Part shown: positions 6,949 through 13,401 of the stretch, piece by piece | Layout of the letters: the number at the start of each line of letters is the position of its first letter | Position numbering within the stretch: position 1 is the stretch's first letter | Assembly (NCBI GenBank): GCA_029932605.1 | Contig: JAOZPT010000053.1 | Coordinates: forward strand, 1 to 15,919 | Direction of reading: 5' to 3' | DNA from: Candidatus Zixiibacteriota bacterium | Lineage (GTDB): Bacteria > Zixibacteria > MSB-5A5 > UBA10806 > 4484-95 | DNA length: 15,919 bases | Notes under the pieces: generated by a model | The model's database searches: none | What the model saw: only the letters and a program-made list of their open reading frames with translations | What the model was told of the DNA's origin: nothing | Made by a program: the position numbers and the translations under genes

Positions 6949-7752
6949 ATGAAAAAAAATGTTTTAAATATCGCTCACCGGGGGGCTTCTGCATTTTTAC
7001 CTGATAACACTATCGAGTCGTTCAAGCAGGCTTTAGTCGAAAAGGCAGATATGATTGAACTGGATATTCGCAAAACCGCTGACGGGGAGATAGTATTGTT
7101 TCATGATTGGTATGTTAAGCCAGATCGTTTCGGTTCTTCAGATTTTAGCATTACCAGGCCTGTTTCGCATATCAGTTTCAAAGAGTTATCGGAATTTTGT
7201 GAGATGAAAGGTTTCGGACTTGCCTCTTTAAAGGAGATTCTCCAGCAGTTTGGTGGTTACATAGATATAAATATAGAATTAAAAGCAGGTGGTTACGAAT
7301 ATGAGGTTTTAGATCTCGTTAAAAAGTATAACCTGAAAGACAGTATACTTATATCATCGTTCTTTCCCTGGGTCATAAAGAAGGTTAAAGATATTGATAG
7401 GGATATTAAAACAGGCTGGATTGCTGGTCAGGAGCAAATCATTTATTTAAACAGGCTGGTTCGGCCATGGATCAGATTACTATTTAAGATGACCGGTGCG
7501 GATACAGTTCATCTTCATAGTGAGATCGTTACTGCCGAGGTTATCCGGCGTTTTCATTTTTATAACATACCGGTTTACGCCTGGACGGTTGATAACATTA
7601 GTGCCATGCACTGGCTGATCGAGCTGGATGTTGATGGTATTATCACCAACAGACCGGGGCAACTTTATTCACTATTGAATGATAAGCCCTTAACAGAGGA
7701 GACCATAATTCTATCGAATTCGGAATTGGCGACTTCTGGAAAGCGGGTATAA
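6949..7752 (+). CDS. Glycerophosphodiester phosphodiesterase (GDPD; GlpQ/UgpQ family), cytoplasmic
   Basis: IAHRGAS-x-DNT, IELDIRKTADGEIVLFHD, INIELK, ISSF, AWTVD, DGIITNRP. No signal peptide. Confidence 0.93.
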   Translation: MKKNVLNIAHRGASAFLPDNTIESFKQALVEKADMIELDIRKTADGEIVLFHDWYVKPDRFGSSDFSITRPVSHISFKELSEFCEMKGFGLASLKEILQQFGGYIDINIELKAGGYEYEVLDLVKKYNLKDSILISSFFPWVIKKVKDIDRDIKTGWIAGQEQIIYLNRLVRPWIRLLFKMTGADTVHLHSEIVTAEVIRRFHFYNIPVYAWTVDNISAMHWLIELDVDGIITNRPGQLYSLLNDKPLTEETIILSNSELATSGKRV

Positions 7753-7753
7753 T
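7726..7753 (+). promoter_or_regulatory. Possible promoter for the K+ channel-DMT-tmk-S41 unit
   Basis: TTGGCG (7726-7731), 16-bp spacer, perfect TATAAT (7748-7753) overlapping the GDPD stop codon. Confidence 0.35.
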
Positions 7754-7856
7754 GCAAATCTTTGTATATGACTTTAGAAGCACGCACTGGGATATATATT
7801 GGCGATTTTAGTGTTATGGATATCTTTGAGAACGATCGTATCATAATAGTATTGGT

Positions 7857-8867
7857 TTGGTCGATATAACCAGTATGGGAAAAAGATTTCGAGAGATAAT
7901 TTTCGTACTCACAAGCGTATTATTAGTTGGAACTGTAGGTTACTGGGTTATAGAGGGCTGGGATTTTCTCGATTCGCTTTATATGACGTTAATAACTCTT
8001 ACAACCATCGGTTTCGGAGAGGTACATCAGCTCTCCGTAAAGGGGAAAATATTTACAATCCTATTAGTTGTTTTCGGTGTTGCTGGAGCGGCCTATTCGA
8101 TAAGGATTTTGGGTCAAATGATGTTAGAAGGGCAATTGAGTAAGTACCTTGGGAGAAGAATGATGGAAAAACAGTTAAAAAAGCTAAATAACCACTACAT
8201 TGTTTGCGGTTATGGCAGAGTTGGTGAAACTGTATGCCAGGAGCTTAAACGTAACCATGTTCCTTTTGTAGTTATTGAAAGGTCAACAGAGCTTTTGGAG
8301 CAAATGGAAAATTCTGGTATTACGTTTATCAGTGGTAGTTGTGACGATGATGAGGTTCTCAAGGCGGCAGGCATCACAAGGGCCAAAGGTTTGATAAATA
8401 CGATTGCTAATGAGGCTGATGCAGTTTATGTGACCCTGTCGGCCAAACAGCTTAATCCTGACCTGTTTATAATGGCTCGTGCTGATAGTCCGGGAGCACG
8501 CATTAAGTTGTTGAGGGCCGGAGCAACAAAGGTTATTTCTCCTCAAATTTATGCTGGTATTCGTATGGCTCAAACAAGCATAAGACCCAATGTCGTGGAT
8601 TTTATGAGCTTGGCTGCAGATGGAGCTCATGATGGTTTGAAGATTGAAGAGGTTGCCATCAAGAAGGGGTCAAGACTGGTTGGCGCCACATTGAAAAATT
8701 CCGGTATAAGGTCAAAGCTGGGTATTACAGTTATCGGTGCCAAAAAGAGGGGATTGGAGATGTATTATAATCCTCCACCCGACTTTTTAATTGAGGAAGG
8801 GGATACTCTGATATTGATTGGTAACTCATCCCAGCTTGAGAAGATAGAGGAGTATACAAGCACTTAA
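7857..8867 (+). CDS. 2-TM potassium channel with RCK_N (TrkA-N) and RCK_C (TrkA-C) domains (MthK-like)
   Basis: Selectivity filter TLTTIGFGEV between two TM helices, HYIVCGYGRVG Rossmann motif, C-terminal RCK_C (NPPPDFLIEEGDTLILIG). Start is TTG 7857 or ATG 7875. Confidence 0.93.
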   Translation: MVDITSMGKRFREIIFVLTSVLLVGTVGYWVIEGWDFLDSLYMTLITLTTIGFGEVHQLSVKGKIFTILLVVFGVAGAAYSIRILGQMMLEGQLSKYLGRRMMEKQLKKLNNHYIVCGYGRVGETVCQELKRNHVPFVVIERSTELLEQMENSGITFISGSCDDDEVLKAAGITRAKGLINTIANEADAVYVTLSAKQLNPDLFIMARADSPGARIKLLRAGATKVISPQIYAGIRMAQTSIRPNVVDFMSLAADGAHDGLKIEEVAIKKGSRLVGATLKNSGIRSKLGITVIGAKKRGLEMYYNPPPDFLIEEGDTLILIGNSSQLEKIEEYTST

Positions 8868-8869
8868 AG

Positions 8870-9736
8870 GTGGAGATTAAATCTAAATGGCCGTTGCTAA
8901 TACCGGCAGTTTTTGCTGTTTCATGGGCAGCTATTCTTATACGAGCTTGTGATGCTCCATCAACAGTTATAGCATTTTATAGAAAGTTCTTTGCCACCCT
9001 GATTCTTTTACCCTTTGCCCTAACGATATATCGTCAGCGTTTTTACGAGTTCACTCGTTTGTCTTTTTTGATGACTGTTTTAGCCGGAATACTTTTGGGA
9101 TGGCATTTCTTTTTCTGGGTGGCCTCCCTGGGTTATACCTCGATATCCTCGTCGGTTGTGCTGGTTACAACCCAGCCTGTTTTCGTGGCGGTTTTGGCTT
9201 TGATATTTTTAAAGGAGAAAATAGGATTTAAAGGAGTTTTTGCCATTGTCTTGGCTATCATAGGTTCTGCGATAATTGCAGGTTTTGATTTTAAACTTGA
9301 AAAACAATATTTGTTTGGCGATATATTGGCTCTGGCTGGAGCGATAATGGCTGGAGGATACCTTTTTATTGGGCGGGCGATTCGTTTCCGGGTAAGTGTT
9401 TTTCCATATATCTTTACGGTTTATAGCGTGGCCGCACTTACTCTGGGTATAATCTTATTAGTGAGTGGTGAATTTTTTCAAACGTATCATTCCCAGAATT
9501 ACCTGTTTTTCATTTTATTGGCTGTTGGTCCAACTCTTCTCGGCCATTCTCTGTATAATTATTCATTGCAATATATCAAGGCGCATAAGGTCGGTTTATC
9601 AATTGTAGGTGAACCGGTTTTAGCCTCCATCTGGGCGATTTTCATATTTAATGAAATCCCAGCTTTGAGCACTCTGGTGGGAGGGATAATTATAATTTTG
9701 GCTTTAGTATTGGTGTTTTCAGGAGGAGGGCAGTGA
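8870..9736 (+). CDS. DMT superfamily (EamA-like) transporter
   Basis: About 10 TM helices in two repeats; IAFYR, TQPVFV-x-LKEK, GDILALAGA, GHSLYN and GEPVLA motifs. GTG start 2 bp after the channel stop. Confidence 0.9.
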   Translation: MEIKSKWPLLIPAVFAVSWAAILIRACDAPSTVIAFYRKFFATLILLPFALTIYRQRFYEFTRLSFLMTVLAGILLGWHFFFWVASLGYTSISSSVVLVTTQPVFVAVLALIFLKEKIGFKGVFAIVLAIIGSAIIAGFDFKLEKQYLFGDILALAGAIMAGGYLFIGRAIRFRVSVFPYIFTVYSVAALTLGIILLVSGEFFQTYHSQNYLFFILLAVGPTLLGHSLYNYSLQYIKAHKVGLSIVGEPVLASIWAIFIFNEIPALSTLVGGIIIILALVLVFSGGGQ

Positions 9737-10356
9737 TGTTTATCAGTTTTGAGGGTATCGATTTTTCCGGCAAGAGCACCCAATGTCATTTGCTTGAGAA
9801 ATTCTTAACTGAGAAGGGTTACGATGTGGTTTTGCTTCGCGAACCGGGGGGGACGAGGATATCGGAGATAATAAGGAAATTGCTGTTAGATAAAAGAGCC
9901 GGCGACATGAGCGCCTTGACTGAATTATTGCTTTACAGTGCCTCAAGAGCTCAGCTTGTTGATGAAGTGATCAGGCCAGCCATTGTGTCGGGAAGAGCGG
10001 TGATATGTGACCGTTTTACCGATTCATCAACTGCCTACCAGGGTTTTGGTCGAGGTCTGGAGATAAAGGAAATTGAAATGATAAATAAGGTAGCCACTAA
10101 TGGATTGGAACCCGACCTGACTATTTTTATTGATGTTACTGTGGAGGAGTCACTTAAAAGGTTGAAACTCGCCGGAAAATTAAAAGACCGGATTGAATCG
10201 GAGGGGACGAGATTTTTTGAACTTGTTCGGCAGGGTTATTTGCAACTTGCAACACGCCATAAAGATAGGTTTAAAGTCGTGGATGGCATGGACGATATTG
10301 ATAATATTAAACGGAGGGTTAAGGAGATAGTTGTAAAAAGATTTACGATAAAATAG
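9733..10356 (+). CDS. tmk: Thymidylate kinase
   Basis: FISFEGIDFSGKSTQ P-loop, REPGGT, ELLLYSASRAQ, CDRFTDSSTAYQGFGRG, PDLTIFID, DRIESEG. GTGATG overlaps the DMT stop, so the start is 9733 or 9736. SD AGGAGGAGG at 9721-9729. Confidence 0.97.
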   Translation: MMFISFEGIDFSGKSTQCHLLEKFLTEKGYDVVLLREPGGTRISEIIRKLLLDKRAGDMSALTELLLYSASRAQLVDEVIRPAIVSGRAVICDRFTDSSTAYQGFGRGLEIKEIEMINKVATNGLEPDLTIFIDVTVEESLKRLKLAGKLKDRIESEGTRFFELVRQGYLQLATRHKDRFKVVDGMDDIDNIKRRVKEIVVKRFTIK

Positions 10357-10380
10357 TCTTTAACGGTCTTAAAGATCGAT

Positions 10381-12021
10381 ATGGTGAAAAAAATAGCCCA
10401 GATCAAATTAGGTATAATAATTGGGCCTTTTTTTTTATTATGCTTAGCTGTTGGATTTGCCTGGGCATCGTCTGAGAAAATCTACACTTTTATAAGACTT
10501 TTCGACAGGATAGCGCTTACAGTTACAGACAAATATGTTGACAACCTTGATCCAGAGAAATTGATAAAGGCCGGCATAAGTGGTATGCTTGGCAAACTTG
10601 ATCCCTATAGCCAGTATCTTTCCGGACAGAATTATTATTATCTTTTACAGGAAACCCGTGGTGAGTACAGCGGAATTGGTATCATCATTGAAAAGCGCCT
10701 GGATACACTCTTGGTGGAGTCTGTTATAGAGGGGAACCCAGCCTATTATGCGAATATCAGAGTTGGTGACAGAATCCTAATGGTCGATACGGTTGATGTT
10801 GTGGGGAAATCCAGGTTTGATTGTATTAAGCTGTTAAGAGGTAAAAAAGGAACCCCTGTTAATCTTCAACTGAGACGTCCACTTTTGGGAAAAAATTTTA
10901 ATGTTAGGCTTGTACGTGATGAAATCCACATTGATCCTGTTCCCTTTTTTGGGATCAGTGATGATAACAATGGCTACATCAGGATATCGAGGTTTTCTGA
11001 GGGAAGTGCAATTGAGGTCAAGAAGGCGGTTTCCCAACTTTTAGAAAAAGGTATGAATGGTTTGGTTGTTGATTTGCGGGGCAATCCCGGTGGCCTTTTA
11101 TATGAAGCGGTCGAAGTCACCGCCCTGTTTTTAAAAAAGGGAGAAAAGATAGTCGATGTGAAAGGACGTGGAACAGTAAGGTTGCGCTCATATGAATCGA
11201 GGACGGATGGAATATATAAAGATGGTCCTCTGGTGGTGGTCATAGATAATAAAACAGCCTCGGCGGCTGAAATTCTGGCTGGCGCCATCCAAGACAATGA
11301 TCGAGGGCTTGTAATCGGTTCATCCTCATATGGTAAAGGACTTGTGCAACAAATTCTTCAGTTTTCTGACAATTCAGCTTTAAAATTGACAACGGCTAAA
11401 TATTATGCACCCTCGAATAGGTGTATCCAAAAAGATACAAACAGGAGCAACCTGATTTTAAAAGATAAATCCCGTAAACAGGTTCTTTTTTACACTAATT
11501 CCGGTAGGCCGGTTTTCAGCGGTGGGGGTATAATCCCTGACATATATGTGGAGCCTTTGGAAAAGCCACCTTTACTGGATGAGTTGGTTACCCTTGGTTA
11601 TGTAAACGATTTTATCACTGATTATTGTGTTAGGCAGCCTGTAGATGAAAATTTTGAAGTAACGGATAAGACCGTAGATTCTTTTTTTGAATATCTCAAG
11701 GTTCGTGGTTATGTATATCACAGTTCTATTTGTAGCGCTTTTGACAGGTTTGTATCGGAAAACGGCGTATCGGGTAAAAAGGGTAAACTTAACGACCATA
11801 TAAAAGCGATCAAGGATATTCTTTCAAGCAAGTCCAATGATGAAATGCTTTCTTTGAGGTCACAGATAAAAGACCTGCTTTATGAGTGTATTATTAGCAA
11901 CTGTCTGGGTAAACAAAAGTCTTATGAGTTGGTCTGGTTTAAGAAACATCCTGAGTTGATAAAGTCCTGGGAGGTTTTGAATGCTCCTGATATCTACAAC
12001 AATCTCTTGGCAGGCTTTTAG
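10381..12021 (+). CDS. S41 family carboxyl-terminal processing protease (PDZ + S41A) with C-terminal extension
   Basis: N-terminal signal-like segment, LDPYS, GEYSGIG PDZ entry, DLRGNPGGLL, catalytic TASAAE and GKGLVQ, LKLTTAKYY, GGGIIPD. Confidence 0.94.
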   Translation: MVKKIAQIKLGIIIGPFFLLCLAVGFAWASSEKIYTFIRLFDRIALTVTDKYVDNLDPEKLIKAGISGMLGKLDPYSQYLSGQNYYYLLQETRGEYSGIGIIIEKRLDTLLVESVIEGNPAYYANIRVGDRILMVDTVDVVGKSRFDCIKLLRGKKGTPVNLQLRRPLLGKNFNVRLVRDEIHIDPVPFFGISDDNNGYIRISRFSEGSAIEVKKAVSQLLEKGMNGLVVDLRGNPGGLLYEAVEVTALFLKKGEKIVDVKGRGTVRLRSYESRTDGIYKDGPLVVVIDNKTASAAEILAGAIQDNDRGLVIGSSSYGKGLVQQILQFSDNSALKLTTAKYYAPSNRCIQKDTNRSNLILKDKSRKQVLFYTNSGRPVFSGGGIIPDIYVEPLEKPPLLDELVTLGYVNDFITDYCVRQPVDENFEVTDKTVDSFFEYLKVRGYVYHSSICSAFDRFVSENGVSGKKGKLNDHIKAIKDILSSKSNDEMLSLRSQIKDLLYECIISNCLGKQKSYELVWFKKHPELIKSWEVLNAPDIYNNLLAGF

Positions 12022-12130
12022 GTAATTTGTTGAGACCATGTTTAATTCTGACATCATATGATTATTTTGTTCGATATTTAAATACAATATTATTCTTTTT
12101 ATTTCTAACCTTAGTTGTCATCTTCAGCGC

Positions 12131-12159
12131 TTGATATTTTACTCTAAGGTTGTTATTAT
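12131..12159 (+). promoter_or_regulatory. sigma70-type promoter with extended -10, directly abutting the TauE/SafE start codon
   Basis: TTGATA (12131-12136), 17-bp spacer, TATTAT (12154-12159) with TG at 12151-12152. ATG at 12166. Confidence 0.7.
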
Positions 12160-12165
12160 GGTTTA

Positions 12166-12945
12166 ATGGAAATGCTGGTGATATTGTTATGTGGTTTGGG
12201 TGCTGGTTTTTTCGGAACTTTGGTTGGTTTGGGTGGAGGTATAATCATGGTGCCGGTTTTGAATCTCGTTTTTGGATTTCCCATTAAGACCGCTGTAGCT
12301 ACAAGTCTGTGTGCGGTATGTGCTACCTCCATCGGTGGAGCAGCTAAATATTTGACCAGGGGTGTTGCTGATTTCAGGATGGGATTGTTCCTTGAGACTA
12401 CTACGGTGATTGGAGCAGTAAGTGGATGCCTTTTAGCTATCATCGTAAAACCTCAAGTTATAAGCATAATATTCGCCCTTGTTTTATTTTATGCCGCGGT
12501 AAGTATAGCTCTTAAAAAACAAGACGCCGAGGGCAATCAGGATAACATTAATTATAATAAACCAACTTTAAAACGCAAGCTCTCTGCTTTAGGGTTATCA
12601 TCTGTTGTAGGAATGGTCTCATCGTTTTTGGGAATTGGTGGAGGTGTTGTTCAGGTACCGATCTTGCACTTAATATTAAAACTTCCGATCAAAGTTGCCA
12701 CTGCTACATCAACCTATATGATAGGAATTACTGCTTCTGCTGGTAGTCTGGTTTACTTTTTTAAAGGCTTTATAGATTACAAATTTGTCGGTCCGTTAAT
12801 TATTGGCACACTTATAGGTTCGACATACGGAGCTACTGTGGCCGGTAAACTCAAGTCAACAACGATTAAGCTCTTATTTATTGTGGTTATTGTCTATGCT
12901 GGTTTGCAAGTTGGGTTGAAGGGATTAGGAGTAAAGATCTTATGA
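12166..12945 (+). CDS. TSUP family (TauE/SafE) sulfite/organosulfur exporter-like membrane protein
   Basis: Duplicated GLGGGIIMVP / GIGGGVVQVP and AVATSL / ATATS motifs; about 8 TM helices. Confidence 0.92.
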   Translation: MEMLVILLCGLGAGFFGTLVGLGGGIIMVPVLNLVFGFPIKTAVATSLCAVCATSIGGAAKYLTRGVADFRMGLFLETTTVIGAVSGCLLAIIVKPQVISIIFALVLFYAAVSIALKKQDAEGNQDNINYNKPTLKRKLSALGLSSVVGMVSSFLGIGGGVVQVPILHLILKLPIKVATATSTYMIGITASAGSLVYFFKGFIDYKFVGPLIIGTLIGSTYGATVAGKLKSTTIKLLFIVVIVYAGLQVGLKGLGVKIL

Positions 12946-13217
12946 ATATCTCCAGGACAATAGCCTTGATTTTATATGGAGGCGGTATCGTTATGGTGTT
13001 CGTGTTAATCCTGGCTATGGTTATGTGGTATATTGGCGATGATCCTGCAACACTGTTAGTTAAAATCGGAGTCGTTTTAGCAATGGCGACGCCATTTACT
13101 GGTGTTACAGTAGCAATGATATTGCTTATGAAAAAAGGTGAAATAAAAGATGGTCTGTTTGCATTGGTGCTTCTGATATTGATTATTTTTACGGTTTTCT
13201 GGAGGATGTTTGTGTGA
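12942..13217 (+). CDS. Small 3-TM membrane protein, DUF1634-like
   Basis: ATGA overlap with the TSUP stop. GVVLAMATP resembles the DUF1634 G-x-L-x-TP motif, and DUF1634 genes commonly follow TauE/SafE genes. Short, with a minimal loop. Confidence 0.65.
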   Translation: MNISRTIALILYGGGIVMVFVLILAMVMWYIGDDPATLLVKIGVVLAMATPFTGVTVAMILLMKKGEIKDGLFALVLLILIIFTVFWRMFV

Positions 13218-13348
13218 TATATCATGTATTTGTTGATTTTTATAACGTTGTGATTGGTGAGGATATCGGTCATTGACTCATGAAAGTATTTACTTATAGA
13301 AAAATGAGAGTGTTGCAAGGGTTTTGATACTGAATGGACGGATTTGAC

Positions 13349-13377
13349 TTGAATAATCAATTTATTGGTGATAAATT
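13349..13377 (+). promoter_or_regulatory. sigma70-type promoter with extended -10 for the nucleotidyltransferase fusion gene
   Basis: TTGAAT (13349-13354), 17-bp spacer, TAAATT (13372-13377) with TG at 13369-13370. SD-like AAAGGGTGA before ATG 13402. Confidence 0.5.
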
Positions 13378-13401
13378 TTTTAATATGGAAAGGGTGATTG
13401 G

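Noticed and set aside
12053..12084. Palindromes ATCATATGAT (12053-12062) and TATTTAAATA (12075-12084)
   Set aside because: Almost entirely A/T in an AT-rich spacer, so expected by chance; no terminator-like GC stem.
1130..12443. Other short ORFs of 60-115 aa overlapping the main genes
   Set aside because: All are nested in, antisense to, or largely overlapping well-supported CDSs and lack recognisable features.
13215..13246. TGATATATCA palindrome and FNR-like TTGAT-N4-ATAAC
   Set aside because: Short and AT-rich; the second FNR half-site matches only 3 of 5 positions and is not positioned at the predicted promoter.
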